Part shown: positions 1 to 16,119 of the stretch, piece by piece
Layout of the letters: each line of letters begins with the position of its first letter
How positions within the stretch are numbered: position 1 is the first letter of the stretch
NCBI GenBank assembly: GCA_001244265.2
Contig: CDLV01000015.1
Location: 186,001 to 250,000 of the forward strand
Direction: 5' to 3'
Source: Microbotryum violaceum
Lineage: Eukaryota
DNA: 64,000 bases
Position numbers and translations under genes: made by a program
The notes under the pieces: generated by a model
The model's database searches: none
Told to the model about the DNA's origin: nothing
Seen by the model: the letters and a program-made list of their open reading frames with translations, nothing else

Positions 1-926
1 CTGATCGGAGCCACAGCCGCTTCACGGGCTGGAGCACTTACAGATTACTGGCTCGTCGTGGCCCCGTCTGGCACACAGTCTTTTTGGACCTGCCAGCACC
101 ATGGGAAGCTCTAGGACACGCCAAGAAGGCCCTCAAAGTAAGACGGAAGGTCGATCCATGTATTGGAATGTAACCTTGTTGACACTTTCTTATTTGATCC
201 GATCCCCCATCGCAGAAAACTCGGCAGTCTCGGATCTGCTGCTTTAGCCCTTGTATCGAGCAAGTACTCAAAACTGTCACAGCGCTTTCGGAGCACGGGT
301 TCTCTGGTATGTGCGATCGGCAAACGAGTGTTCGACTGCATTTTTCGATCTAACCTGCTGAAGCGCTCGTATCATGTCTGCATGCTCCAATGCCAGACAT
401 TACCATGTATGAGACTTTGACGCGGACCCACGAGCCCGTCGTATCCCTTGTGCCAAACGTCTCCGAAGCGATAAAGCGGATCCAAGACGTAGAGATAAAG
501 AAGGAACATCGTCGGACGATGCAAATATCCGATGCTCTCAAGAGGAAAGCCGCGAAGCGGAAGGCAGACGAACTCGACTGCGAGCCCGACATAGACGTGC
601 CAGCTGGACGAAATCACGATCATACTGCCCCATCAATCGATTTGGCGCCGCAGGGCGATCGATCAGATTGTATATCTGATTCTGTACCGAAAAACGGCGT
701 CGAAGCCACCAGTGAATCCGTCGCAGAGGGCGCACATGCATCCGATGCTTACCCCAAACCGTCTCGGATCTACGTCGCCGACCATTTCAAAAAACCTGCT
801 CAGCGCGGCAATAGGGAATACGCTTTCAAACCAAGCGCTCTGACACGAGGGCATACGAGCTACTTGACATTTGCTACGCTGATGCCGAAAATCGTCCCCG
901 CTCCGTCGGTGCATAGTTCAGCTTGA
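1..926 (+). CDS. TRM61: tRNA (adenine58-N1)-methyltransferase catalytic subunit, 3' part (gene starts before the window, spliced)
   Basis: VFLDLPAPWEA motif at about 78-110, an 'ICCFSPCIEQV' exon at about 232-264, and C-terminal RGHTSYLTFATL in ORF 390-926. Confidence 0.9.
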
Positions 927-1733
927 TGGCGAAAGGCGATGTTCTTATTCTTGCATTGGCGTGGGTGCAGGTCCCACCTGGACGTTCTGCCAAGCTAGCC
1001 GTAACCAGGTTCCGATTCAACTTTTGAGTCGTATTCGGGAGCCATTGCGGCCTTGTTGCAACGATGAGGACTATTCAGTTGATCAAGTTGGCCGCGGCGA
1101 CGCCCGTCCGTAGTCTCGGGACTAGCGGTTCAGGGGTTGCACCTGGAACGCTGAGGGGATTTCGAGGCATACGCTGCTCCATCTGCGTCAGACTGCGTCG
1201 CACGATATAAGGCCCTACGCCCTACTCTACCGTACCATCAATGTAGTTTGTTACTCAAGTACTACGAACACGAGCGACACTCAAATTAGGGTTTAAAGCG
1301 GACCGCGACGGTGGCAGCGAACCAGAGCGACCCTTTGACTGCAAGGCTCCGAGTGCGAAGCGCGCTCGCTTGCTGAAATGTCGCGTCGACGCGGTCGCGA
1401 CAAACGCGTCGAGTTTATCGGCGGAGACGCGCTGACACGGACGAACGCCTGCGCCGGCACTCGCGCAACCTCACAGCTTCATGTCTCACCCTTGCGACCC
1501 CGTTCCAAGCCTCTGCTGGTTCGACGACATCGCCCCGACATCGTCATAGAATCGGGCCGTGTGATAGGCTCCCGTTGCAAGCGGTGATGACTCATCTAAG
1601 TCGGTAGGTCTTATTTCCAGACCGCAGTAGGAGACGAAGGCGCGGTGTAGACAAAGGGGCTCGTCGCTCCCCCCATCCCTGCCTGGTCAAGCTGACCCGC
1701 CAGAACGTTTGCTCTCATTCTTGATACTCCTCC

Positions 1734-3694
1734 ATGCTTCCTAAAAGGGCGGGCGTTCTTTCCCTCCTCGCGTTGACGCTGCACTATAGCGTGTTATCGA
1801 TCATGCTCCATGTCTCACGGTCGATGCCGGGCGCCCGATACCACGCTTCTTCCGCAATCGCTTTGACCGAGTTTTTCAAGATCATTGTCGCATTAGCCCT
1901 GGTAGCCTGGTCCGGCGAACTTCGACCGACTGTATCTGAACGACAAAGGCTGTATTGGCAGCAGGACGAGCGACGTGCACTGGCAGAGGCGAGCGAGCCG
2001 GCGTGGCTTGGCGAGGAGAAGGGCCAATCAGGTGGCGACGAACCCGAAAAAGAAGACGACCAGAAACATTACGACTGGTTGAGTATGGCCGAAACCACTT
2101 GTGAGTTGTCCTCAAGTCCGGGGATGTGACTTGCTGCCGGAGCATTCACCGTCAACTGTTGAGGCCGAGGGGCGCCTGGCCACTGCCACTCTGATGTCGG
2201 CAAACGCAGGTTGTACTGAACAGCTTTTGGACGGTATCCTATAGCCTCCTCTTCTAGCGTTGGAAAGAGAGGGTCTCCAACATCTCTGCGCATCGATCCT
2301 TGCCTGGCTCAGCAGCTAGAGGCTACCGCGCCTAAGCTTGCACTGATACCTGCGACTCCGGCGCCGGAGCCCTCGCCGACCAAAATTCCCGACGCCAACG
2401 GCCTCTATCCGACCCGACAGGCATTCGAATTGCGTACAAGGGGCTCGCACATGAGTGATGTGCTCGATGTGGAATGGTGGAGGGCACTTCAAGAGACCGT
2501 CTGGAGCGAAGGCTGGTGGAATCTGGCGTTTGTCGCCGCGCTTTACATGGTGCAAGGCAACTTGCAGTACGTTGCCTCAGGAAACCTCAGTGTCCCCTTG
2601 TTTCAACTCGCCTACCAACTCAAGGTGAGTTTGAGCTCTGATGTCGTCGGCGTTTTGTGTGACGGAACAGCTGAAAAGCGTTTCATTTTTTACGCAGATT
2701 CCAGCGACGGCAATGTGTTCGGTGATCCTCCTCAAACGCGTCTTGACGCAACAACAATGGGCATCGCTCTTCGTCTTGACCTTTGGCGTCGGCATTGTTC
2801 AGATCTATAGCGCGTCAGCCTCAACAGATGCTTCGACCCAAGCCACACCACTCGCTCCAGCGCATGAATCGGGGCCACCGAATCAGTTTATCGGCCTGTT
2901 CGCCGTAATGGCAGCCTGCATCTCTTCTGGATTTGCATCGTGTTTCTTCGAGCAAATCCTCAAAACACCGAGCACCCCACATTCGTCGCCAAACCCCAAC
3001 ACCACACCGACGACTTTCATCAGGCCCAGCATTTGGGTTCGCAACATCCAGCTCTCGTTCTTCGGCCTCGTCGCTGGTGTTCCCGTCTTGATGTGGGAGC
3101 TGTCGAACTGTGCCGGAGATGCGAACAGCGCTGTGGCTGCGGGTGGGTGGTGGAGAGCTTCCGCCTGGCAGCCGTTCGCAGCGGCCAGCACGTTTTTCGA
3201 TGGTTTCAACGCCATTACTTGGATTGTTGTGTTTCTCCAGGTTACCGGAGGCTTGCTCGGCGGTGAGTACATCTTTCTGCGAAAGACTTTGGCTTGTTCT
3301 GGGTAATTGAATGTGCTGATCATGGGTGGCGGCGAATGCGGACAGCTTTGGTGATGAAGCACGCCGATAATCTCCTCAAATGCTTTTCTACGAGCATGTC
3401 AATTTTGCTCTCCGTGGTCGCCTCTGTCTTTTTGTTCAACTTCCAGGTGAGGGAAATGCACCAAAGCTCGCGATGCGAATGCTACGCCAAACTGACTCGC
3501 GTGTCCTAAAGGTGAATCTTGGGATTGTTTTCGGCTCTGCGATGGTTCTTGTGGCCACATATGTGTACACGACACCTACCACTCGTGAGGCATGGCGGTG
3601 GCGACCGTCCAACGCTTCACCGCGTCGGCATCAAAACACCACGCCTTCCATAGTCGTCAACGATCTGGGAGCACGGGCGAGCTCATATAATTAA
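1734..3694 (+). CDS. Nucleotide-sugar transporter, SLC35A/UDP-galactose transporter family (spliced), with a long hydrophilic insertion after TM2
   Basis: Motifs 'TEFFK', 'ALYMVQGNLQYVASGNL..FQLAYQLK|IPATA', 'SGFASCFFEQILK', 'SIWVRNIQLS', 'GGLL..LVMKHADNLLKCFSTS'; GT-AG introns join ORFs 1734, 2430, 2641, 3294 and 3380. Confidence 0.88.
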
Positions 3695-4266
3695 AAGCGC
3701 AAAGGGGTGAGATGGTCCGGCATAGACGCCGGCGCAATTCTTCAATTCACCTGTTCGACGCGGCGAACGACCTGGACCGTACATTACCTTTGGTCGTGGG
3801 CATCGCGAGGAAAGATATCGACGTACCCCCTGGGGGCGCCTTCTCGGGATTTCACACATCGGCGTGTGCAGCCACAGGTTGCTCGATGGCTCGATGACTC
3901 GCATTTATAAAATCGTTCCCTCATTTTATCATTAGCATTCTGCAAATTCGTTCTTCCCTGTAGATTGCGACAGGTGTACGACGTGCGTACGACACTTTGC
4001 CCGACGCCCGTCTTCTGCCCTCGGCACACGTGACCCACGCAAGCAAATATTTTGGGTCATCTGGTTTTATGACTGTGAGAAAGAAAAGGTAAGAGTTGGT
4101 GAGACAAGGTAAGAGTAGGGCCAACGAGAGCAGGCGAGGAGGTCACTGCTGGCAAGCTCTGGCAGACACTGCCACTGTGGCGAGGGGTTGAGGTGGGCTG
4201 CTGGTTGCAGCTCGTTCACCACCGGCACGCATCCAGTCTCCGCAATGACTGGCACCGCTGCACAAG

Positions 4267-6661
<2,395 letters not shown>

Positions 6662-6786
6662 TTTGACCCAGTTATTGTTTTGTCATTGTTGTTGCAGTGT
6701 GGAATCAAAGTCTACAATTTGTTGCTTGCCAACCCGTGAGGATTAAATTCCATCATAGGGGCCCCTGCTCTGCTTGTATCTCACGC

Positions 6787-8100
6787 TCAGACCACGTAGA
6801 GAGGGTCAAAGGGGGTTTCTGCGGTTGGTTGTAGCCTGTACCAGACAAGAATGGTCGTCTCAGAAGGTCGCGTTCAAATGGTCGCTCGATGTGGCATTGC
6901 AGCAGCGATCGCCTGGCCCGTTCGAACTTACCAGTTTGTGGGTGACCATTTTGCATGTGGTTCACCCTCGATCGCGTGGAAGGTATAGATGAATCGAGAG
7001 TCGGACGAATGATTCGGTGATGAGGCATGGATGACGGAACCATGAATGAGCACGAGATCGCCGACAGAGCATTCGAGAGACTTCCAGCCAGGTTCCTGGG
7101 ACCAGTCTGGATTCGCAGGGCTTCTAACGAGATCTTGAATTTGCCTCATTTCCGTTCCACCGCCAACGACGCGTTCCAAGCGTCGTGTGATCCGATTCCT
7201 TTTGTGGGAACCGGGGAGGAAAGTAAGACAGCCGTTGTTGGGGGTGCAGTTCTCCAATGCGAACCAGTAGCCAATGGCGGAGAGGGGGTCAGTCCAAAGA
7301 AAAGTCCCGTCGTCATGAATACCTACTTCGCCTCCAATCTGAGGCTGCTTAGCGATAACCATGGATTGGCATATCAAGGGCTGTTGGTGATACCCGAGGG
7401 ATCGGCTAAGGCCCACAATGTCTGGGTTTTCCAGAGTAAAGCGGCGGAACGTGGGGTCCCTGACAAGGTAATGACCGATCTATGATGAACGAAGCGCACG
7501 CCAGAAGAGTATTCATAAATTCAAAGAGGCAAACACTGAGACAGAGGAACAGCGCCGATGCATCGACTCACCTTATTGACCGCAAGTTGAGGGGGGCGGT
7601 TCAGTTTGCCCTCTGTAAAGGCGCCCGCTTCGAAAAAGAATCGTATCTTGTCGCCCGAGGTGATGAAGTATTCGTCCGAAGCGTGGGATGCGTTTTCCTC
7701 CGTCGTGAAAACGGTCATCGGGTGATCGGTGAGGTCCATGTCGGCCAGCAGCTGTTTGGCCCGGCCAAGTAGTTCGCCCGCGGTCTCCGTCGAGAAGAAG
7801 CCCTTGATGAGGAGACAACCTTCCTCATCGAACTGATGGCACCGAGACCATCATGGGGGAGGCCGACAATTGGACAGTAAGGACGTTGCATGTGGAAGGA
7901 AAGAGGTAGGGGCACAGGGGTTCAGTGAGCTGTAGCGATTCATGCTTCGGAAAGCCAGGGTGCGGTTCCGTGTGCAGGCACCCCACATCAGGCGGATAGT
8001 GGTTCCCGGGAACGACGAGATGCATCACTCCAGTGCATGTGTTGCATTCCGGCTGGCGCACCTGAGCTTTCTGCTCCTCGGTCAACGAGAAGGATGGCAT
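6787..8100 (-). CDS. PHYHD1: Phytanoyl-CoA dioxygenase-family 2OG/Fe(II) oxygenase (PHYHD1-like), spliced
   Basis: DEYFITSGDKIRFFFE, QSMVIAKQPQIGGEVGIHDD (HxD), LVLIHGSVIH, SRFIYTFH, NW|LQP; ATG 8100, TGA 6787-6789. Confidence 0.88.
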
Positions 8101-8761
8101 TGCGTCGTTAATGATGTTGATACTCAGCGAGGTGGGACAGCAACTCAAAACGTCACGTGCGAGTCGTGAAGGCGGATCGGATACGAAGGAACCCAACTGG
8201 CGTGAAAAAAAGGGGGTTGCCAGGCGGGCAGGTGTTTGAAGTATCTGATCAAGATTGAATGAAAACCCCGCTCAGGCCAACTTTGACTCTTCCGAGGTGA
8301 CGGCTCAGTGGGCACGGTCCTCACGGCCTCACGCGTCAGGCTGCGTCTCGCTGCGTCACGCGCCCTCACGGCCTCACGGGCCCGGACCGCGCGCGAGGTG
8401 CACACGCGCACCCGGTTTTACTCGTGAGCGGAACCTTGTCTCGCCGACGACTTGGCCTCATCTCGTCTGTCCGTCCAGCTTCAACAGGGGCAGCACTGTG
8501 TGGGTTCTGACGACGCTGCCAACTTTGTGCTGCTCTGCTGTCCCCCGCCTCCCTCCCTCCCGCGTCGACCGTGCTCGCTCGAAGTGTGATTGAACTAGGC
8601 CCCTCACGTCCCAACCTACGCTGTGGCGTATAGAGCTCGCACCGCTTCAAGGACCGCAACTCGACCTTTTTGGTTCCGGCTCTCACGTGTCAAGCCTCTG
8701 CAACGGTCAAATGCAGCCATACTCAAGCCCTTGAGACGCTCGAGATCGTCGTTGCCGCAGC

Positions 8762-11700
8762 ATGTCCCCTTCCTTCCCGCCTGGCGGGCCCCCACCTCTG
8801 CCGCCGCTCCTAAGGCATGCGCGGACAACTTCGTCCAACACGTTTGCTTCGTCTTCATCGTCGTCGTCTGGCACTGGAAATGGAAGCCCGACCCGACGAG
8901 CGAGTCCGTTCATCGATGGCTATTGCAGCCCTGTCGAATCGATCCAGTCGTCCACCCACTCGTCACGATCTGCCGACCCAGCGTATGCGCACGTCGGCAC
9001 CAGTACTGTCCGTCTCAATTCACGAAGATCAAGTGCGGCCTCGGACGGACATCCCCACATCGCTGCGACCGCACATCTACCTGGCTCAAGCCCTCGGGAA
9101 AGCGCTCAGCTCCATAGCCCCTCCTTTCATCGCGAGCGCAAACCATTTTCATCGCCATCCCCGGGCTTAAGTCGAAGCCAGTCATATTCTTCGGCCCATC
9201 GCTCGCCATCATCTTCTGGCAACAGTCGCCAGAGCTCCCCTCTGTCGTCTCGTCGCCACTCTTACCGCGCCCCTGGCTCGTCCCCGTCGTTGTCGGTTTC
9301 TTCTCGCGCTGGCCGCATGTCTCCGTCGGAAAAAGCGTCAGCTTCGGATGACCTCGGCCTCGGTTTGACAGACAAACTGCCGCCCGCTGGTGCGCAATTA
9401 CCATCTCCACCCGCTTCTCTCAACGGTGCCATCACTTCCCCATCTTCCAGTCGAGCTCTCAGCACCATTCGGTCCAACGAGGAGCTGAATCATACGATAT
9501 ACGGCCATCGTCCCATCGCCAGCGCATCTGCCAGAATGTTTGCAACCGATGTGTCAGCGTCCACCGGCCGACCGAGGCCAGATCGTCCACCAAGAAGTGA
9601 AGCGAGAAGTGCTCCACCAACTCCGACCGTTCCTACCACTCCAGACAAGCGCTTGCCGATGTCTTCTTCCATCCCGCTCATCCAGACCTCTAGCCCGTCG
9701 GTCGCAGGTACCCCTTCGCGGAGTTCGGACCATTCGCGGAGTTCGGACCATTCGCACGAACAGCGCCACCGGCTTGAGCGTCTGAACCTGATCGGGCCAT
9801 CGTCGGTACGAACGGACGAGCCTCGGCGTGACGCTGTTGACACCGCCAGCTCAATCGAGCCTTATTTGGACGCGCTCGAGGCGTCCCGTTCCCCGTCACC
9901 ATCGCCACTGCCCTCACCCAACTTTCCGCGCTCGTCAGATGCTTCTGCGATCAATACTCTGCAGCTCACTAGGAAAGCCCTTTCGAGTCAAGAAGTAGCG
10001 GTTCCCGAGCTCCAACCAAGGACACCCAAGGGACGAGGGGCCTCGCTGCCGTTCAAGAATCGATCCGTTTTGGATGATGGACTAGAATCGGGCAAAGTGT
10101 CATCGAGCAAACCGTGGCGATCGTCAGAGAGGCAGATACGGAATCAAAGAGTAAGTGTCGCGCTGCCCTTGTGATCACCCCAAATATCTGGCTTGTCTCT
10201 GATCGGATAGCGGCTGACCCGTGTCCGAGTAGATTCTCGACAACATCAATAGCTCGTCGCCTCATTCCGGTAATGAGGCCGCTGAAGTACACGGAAAAAC
10301 GACGCATGTTCCATCCTCGTATTCGATCGACGGCGAGCAGTGGGAACTGACTCGCGATGGCCCACCTCGACGCTCGAGCTGGGTGGGTTCGGAGCGAACG
10401 CGCGCTGCAAGCGTTCAAGGTGCTCATTCGCGCGAAGGCAGTGAAACAACATCGCCATCGGCCATTGCCTCGCCTGTGTTTCATCCACGCAGCGAATACT
10501 CACCATCTGAGGCGAAAAATGCGCATACTGTGGGAGGCAGCGTTTCCAACAGCACACGGCGCGGCATCCCCCAAGAGTTTCTGCAAGCCGAAGACGATAA
10601 TCACACTTTGCATGATCAGCTACCTGCAAATGCTTCGTCCACGTCAGCCTTCATCGGGTCGTCTCCGCATGGAGCGGGTAGCTTTTTCCGTAGCCCATCA
10701 TCCCAGTCGGACAACCGCATACCCACTAAGATGAGTGGTCGCACACATCCCGACGACGGCAGTGGATCGCATCCCAGACTCGACCTGCGTCTGGAACACT
10801 GTGGAGACTCCGAGGTCGAAGATGGTCGAGGCCGACCAGCTTCCGCGGACTACAATCGAGCTTCAAGGAGGTCTGGGATTGACGGCAAGTCTTTTCGCAT
10901 GAGTTAGATTGGAGCCACTGCAAAGAGTCTCTCTGACTATCTCGGTTTGTCCGATTTTCTGCTAGCAGAGGAACGCGCGTTGCCCCTGGAAGAGCGCAGA
11001 AGACGTTTGCGCGACCTCGAAGTCGGGAGCACAGAGTGGATCTCAGAGTGTGAGTTGCTCTTGAAATGTCTAGGTCCACTTTTCGCTTGCTTATGCGCTG
11101 TGTCTTCCCTCCGTTCATCGGCTCCAGTCCAGGCTATCCGAGCTTTGCAGGCCGCGCGAACTCGTACGAAAACCGGAAGCGAAGATGAAGCGACTAGGAT
11201 CGGGAAACAAGCATCGCTCGCCGATCTAGAGTCTCAGCCCGTCTCGCAAGCCCATGAATATTTTTCTTCGACCGGTCTCCGAGGATGGCTTCCCATTAGG
11301 TCCCTTCGGAAACGAGATCCGCGTCGCTCCATGAGTCGTTTGTCTCTGGTGACCTCAGGCATTATTGGCGCTGGAGCTGCAGGCTCGTCGACAGCCTCGC
11401 GGAACTTGCAGGCTGGCCGACCTATTGCCGTCGGAGACCATCACATGCTGGTACATGCGGCATATGATAAACTTCATCAACTTCTGGATGGCATCGGCAA
11501 CGCCCCGAACAGTTCGAGTGACGCCTCGGACGCCTCGGACCTCCTGAAAAGAACAGCTGCGACCGTCAGGGTGACCGTAAAGCTCAATGATGGACTGCAC
11601 GATCTCGTCCAAGCCACGGCCAACCTGGAGCGTCGTACAGATAGCGACGAGCAGCGCCGGCGGTCCATGGATTCAATGGACGATATGGCTGAGAGTTCGA

Positions 11701-12680
11701 TTCTCGCCACCGCCGCTCGCTCGCTGCTCCGCACCAGTAACGACCAGATAAGGTGCCTGACTGAAGAGATCATTGCCCTGACACGCTTCGAGCGAGAGCG
11801 CCACTCAGCGAGCCAGGACGAAGGTCGTTCGCCACGGTCCTTGAGTCGAGCTAGTGGCTTTCGACCGTCCACGAGCCTCGGTATCATGTCTCCCGTTCGT
11901 TCAGGAGATCACTTTTCGCTTGGTGCGCTCACAAACGCAACACCCAAGCTCCGAAACTCAGCTTCGCGCAACGCCTTCAGCCCTCTTTCCCTGCATTCGC
12001 CCTCCCCCGGAAGCCGCGATCAATACCGTTCGCCACTTTCGATTTCGCAGGACGGTAGAGCACTTTCGCGCGCCTCGCTTTCGACCTCTCACCCTGCAAA
12101 CGGCGGGTCGCAGTATGATGATACTTTTCCCGAGTCGTCTCCTACAACGGCTGGGAGTCAGTCACGTAGACGCAATTTGGTGGGTCAACTTTTCCCCAAA
12201 GCATCGGTTCTTAGCACGATGAAGTTGATTGTTCTCGATCTCATCTGGTTTGTATCCTTTTGCATCGAACAGTTGTCGAATACAGGTGCGACAAGCGTAC
12301 GACCTGGGACACCTTCGTCGATACGACGTTCGCTTTCGCGAGCCAGTATTCTATCCGTCCCCTTCTTCGATACGACGACGAATGCCTCGACGTTCGAATC
12401 GCCCACTTCAAGAATGCGCCTTCGTAGGGCAAGCGAAGTATCTTTCCCATCCGATACTTCAATGGAAGCGCAGCGTGAGTCCGGAGGAGATCAGTCTTCG
12501 ACGAGGAACAGCTTTGAAAGTTCGGGAACGTATCGGGCTACACCTGAATTCACGTCCGGTTGGAGGGAAGGTCATGTAGGAGGATCTCGGGGCGTTTCCG
12601 AATCACTGGAAGAGAAGAGAGAAACGAGGAGACAGGAGGTCGAGGCGATCCTTCGACGTGCGGCCGGCAGTAGGGGTTGA
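8762..12680 (+). CDS. Large Ser/Pro/Arg-rich hypothetical protein with a predicted helical/coiled-coil segment (spliced)
   Basis: Long ORFs 8762-10174, 10383-10907 and 10947-12680 joined by canonical donors (gtaagt 10151, gtgagt about 11050); no recognisable domain. Confidence 0.7.
9717..9755 (+). repeat. 18-bp tandem duplication (codes RSSDHS twice)
   Basis: cgcggagttcggaccatt x2. Confidence 0.8.
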
Positions 12681-12981
12681 TTTCTTCACTCTTCCTAATT
12701 TCTAGAGTATACTCGTTTGCGAAAAAAAAAACAGTCCCTGTGCAATTGTAGCCATGTCGAACGCTAGTCTGCACCCCTCAACCTTGACACTCCCCGTGTG
12801 GGAAATTTTGACACCGCCGACGCTTCGCTTTCGATTCGTGCTGAGGCGAAGGAGTGCTTCTCTTACCCGAACTTGGCTCGTTTTGCATCGTCAGTAGATC
12901 AACTGTTCTCAGCAGGCTCTAAAGGCGACACCTTCTGCATTATCAAGACAACACAAATCCTTTTGAAAGTAAAAGTGGGAA

Positions 12982-15074
12982 CTATTCAATGGACGTTTGC
13001 TCAACCGCTTCAACGACTTCATCGACCGTCGTCGCAGCAGACGAGTACGAGATGCCGTCTTTCCTCAACGCAGCGGGAGAAGCAAGGACGGTCGACGACT
13101 GCCGATCGCCTTCCTCAGCTGAAGCAGGGTTCGCCGCAGGTTGGTTCGAAGTCGTAGAGGGCGAAGAAGTGGTCGTTAGGCGTGCCTTGGAGATGCGATC
13201 CTCGGCTTCTCGCTCCTTGGCACTGACGTCGACAGGTTTGGCCGAACCGAACGGAGACGAGGTCGAGACCGATCTAACCAAAGTCGATGTTGGCTTAGGC
13301 TTCTCGCCTTCCTTCGTGCTGTTCACAGGCTCGCGGGTCTCGACGGGTTTTGCGGCACCGAATGGGGACGGTCGAGTCGATGGAGCGGGCGCAGCAGCTG
13401 GGGAGCCATCGGCCGACGAGCGAGCCGAGAGTTGCAGTCTGGGACGTTCACCGCCCTCTGTGGGGGCTGAAAGAGAGCACATACAAGCTGAGTGTGAGTG
13501 CGAAGGGTCGAGGTGCACACCGGGACGAAAGACAGCGACCCAAGCTCACGCGTTCGATCACCCAGTCCGCGACCGAATGCACCTGATCCTGATCCGGATC
13601 GTTGAGGTGCCGGGGGCAAAGGTGCTCCACGAGTCCAGGACTTCTCCTCGTCAGCGCGGCCTGGGGGGAGACCTCGACGATCTGCACCGAACGAACTACG
13701 TTCAGGAGTGGCGACAAACTTGCCGCCGCGGATAGGCCCTTCACGCTCAACCTCGGCTAGCGGTGCGGCCTGGAACTCGCGGCGCTCGAAGCCACCGGCC
13801 GAACCCCCGCTGACACTTCGATCGCCCGCACCAAAGCCACCAAAGCCGCTGCTGCGACGAGCTCCCCCAAAGTCACTCGGTGCCGAGGGTTGGAATTTGC
13901 CACCCCTGATGGGGCCTTCTCGCTCAACGTCAGCGGCACCCTCGAACCCACCGCCGGGTGCACCAGCACCGAATCGTGATCCTCCGCCAAATCCGCCACT
14001 TCTTCCACCTCCGGCAAGTGGGGCCAAAGGTCCTGAGCGCGTCCAGGTCGACTCGGCATCGGCACGGCCTTCGGGACGGCCGCCTTCCCTAGGGGCTTCA
14101 GCGACGCTGATGCGAACGGTGCGGCCATTCAGATCGGATCCCGAAAGACCAAGGGCGTTGCGAAGGTCATCGCTCTTGGAGAATTCGACGTATCCGAATC
14201 CTTTGGGCTTGCCATCCGGGCCGGAAACCATGCGAACCGACAGGACCTGTAAGAGCGAAGCCAGCATCGTGAGGATCCACGGCGACACGCTCGGATTGAA
14301 CCCTAGTATCTCGGAGAAATGTGCGCACCTCGGCGCCAGCGAAAAAGTCCCTCAGATCGTCATCGACCGTCTCAAAGGTCAAGTTGCCCACAAACGCGGT
14401 GTAAGGAGGCGCGGTCGGAAAGGGCACCTCGGCGCGCTGCGGTCGGAAATCGTCACGGTCACTGCGTCCATAGCCGCCTATGCGAGAGTGAAAGCGAGAC
14501 CGAGAGCAGAGACGCTAGACCGAGTTCAGTACAGGGACGATGTGAAGGGCTGAAATATATTTTGATAGCTCTGCGAGGCGCTTACCCGATGCTCCCATGC
14601 CACGCGAGAGGTGAGATCCACCGAGTCCACCGGCGCTCAATGAGGGGTCGCCCGAGGCTGTGAATGGCGAGACAGGATTGTGACCGACAAGCGTGTGAGC
14701 GCATAGGCATTGGCTTGATGGATTCGCACGTCTTCCCCAAAGTCCGGATCCAACTTACGTCCAGTGGGGAGGGCATCCATCTCGTCGGCCCACGATCCGC
14801 CGGTGCCTGCCGAACGCCAAAGGGGGAATACGAATCAGTAAGGCCAACACGAGAAGTGCTGCGTCTCGGGAGCGATGATGAGTGCACAGTTCCGTCGACT
14901 GACTTTCGTCGGCCAAGAAGGCGCCGAGGTCCATCTTCTTTCCTTTCTGTAAAAGAGTGACGTGAGCGCCGCACGACACGAGCGACAGGGGAATAGGGAT
15001 CAGCGACGCGGGACGGTGGAGAGCCGTAGGACACGATCGTGCTCTTTTGGAAAGTGAAGCACCTTGGGTGCCAT
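12982..15074 (-). CDS. TIF3: Translation initiation factor eIF4B (Tif3/Sce3-like), spliced
   Basis: MAPK|KGKKMDLGAFLADE, SWADEMD, PPYTAFVGNL, KGFGYVEF RRM, repeated SPFGAAKPV/SPFGSAKPVD. Confidence 0.9.
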
Positions 15075-15559
15075 GTTGTGCTGGCGTGTATTCTTTCAAC
15101 GGTTGAGAGGCAAACTGTGACCGTCAGCGCGGCTTGCGGCCAGAGGCCAAGCTCAGACGCGAAAACTGGCGATCGTCTGCGGGCGGGCCGCCGCTTCGAG
15201 CCGCAGGCTGCGCGACTGACTGGCTGCGATGCCCGCTGTGTCAAGGCCATTAGCGCGATTGCGCCGCTTCGTAATGGTGCAATCGACACCGACTAGCGCG
15301 AGCTCAGCTCAGATTGACCGGTCCAGGCTTCGCATACGCCTCGTCACACCCACAGCTCCTTTCAAAGCGTTCCGATTCGCCTCCCGTTCACGACGCACAC
15401 AGCATTCTGCGTTTTACTTTTGCTCTCGCCGCACCGCAGTCGCTTCATCAATCCCCAACACACCGGCAATCTTTGCTCGCCCCGACTTTGAGTGAACTTT
15501 CACGCCGCTGGCACCGTCGATTCCAGCTCACTTGGCGCGCACAAGTCACGTCTCCCAAC

Positions 15560-16096
15560 ATGCTGCCAATCGCTGCCTCGTCAAAGGTCACCTTGGAACA
15601 CCTCGCGGCGACGTGTAGCTCGAGGAGTCGAACCTTCTCGACGACTCGAACCGGCTCGCTCGCTGCGACTGGCCACCAATGCACCACCCGGGCCACGCAC
15701 GAGCCCAAGACGAACCCATCGCCGACAAAGCCTTCACCCCCACAATCGCAGTCGCAGTCGAACAAGACGCACTACCTCATCACATTGCATCGATCTCCCG
15801 CAAATTTACCCGAGAACGTCGCGCAAACCTGTGAAGCACTTGGCCTACCCCGTCGCCTGTCGTCCTCGATCGTGCCCATTACTCAAGTCTCCAGCGGCCA
15901 AGTGCTCGCCATCAAGGAACTTGTCGGGCTGCGCGCCATCACGCTCGATCAGGTCCTTTCATCGCCATGGACCCAGCGCAAGGGGGCAGGTAACCAAGGC
16001 AGCGGCTTGAGGTCGAACGGCAATCCGCGGGGTGTCATTCGGGTCGGCAGTGAGAGGGCAAGAGGGGACGAGAGAGGGTACAAGATTGTCGAGTAG
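15560..16096 (+). CDS. MRPL33: Mitochondrial ribosomal protein uL30m (MRPL33-like)
   Basis: THYLITLHRSPANLPE...EALGL...GQVLAIKELV and C-terminal 'ERGYKIV'; Ser/Thr/Arg-rich presequence. Confidence 0.8.
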   Translation: MLPIAASSKVTLEHLAATCSSRSRTFSTTRTGSLAATGHQCTTRATHEPKTNPSPTKPSPPQSQSQSNKTHYLITLHRSPANLPENVAQTCEALGLPRRLSSSIVPITQVSSGQVLAIKELVGLRAITLDQVLSSPWTQRKGAGNQGSGLRSNGNPRGVIRVGSERARGDERGYKIVE

Positions 16097-16119
16097 AGTC
16101 GTATAGCCTGAGACAAAAG

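Noticed and set aside
955-1160. Possible structured RNA after TRM61 (ccaggt/acctgg, gtggg/cccac stems)
   Set aside because: No tRNA, snRNA, SRP or RNase P/MRP signature recognised; stems are short in GC-rich DNA
1284-1295. TTAGGGTTT telomere-like motif, considered as a telomerase RNA template
   Set aside because: A single short telo-box-like match in a promoter, with no supporting structure; expected by chance
12989-14553. Long antisense ORFs over eIF4B (similarly over RAD50, NUP96, U2AF and the C2 gene)
   Set aside because: Shadow ORFs of GC-rich coding sequence with no independent motifs
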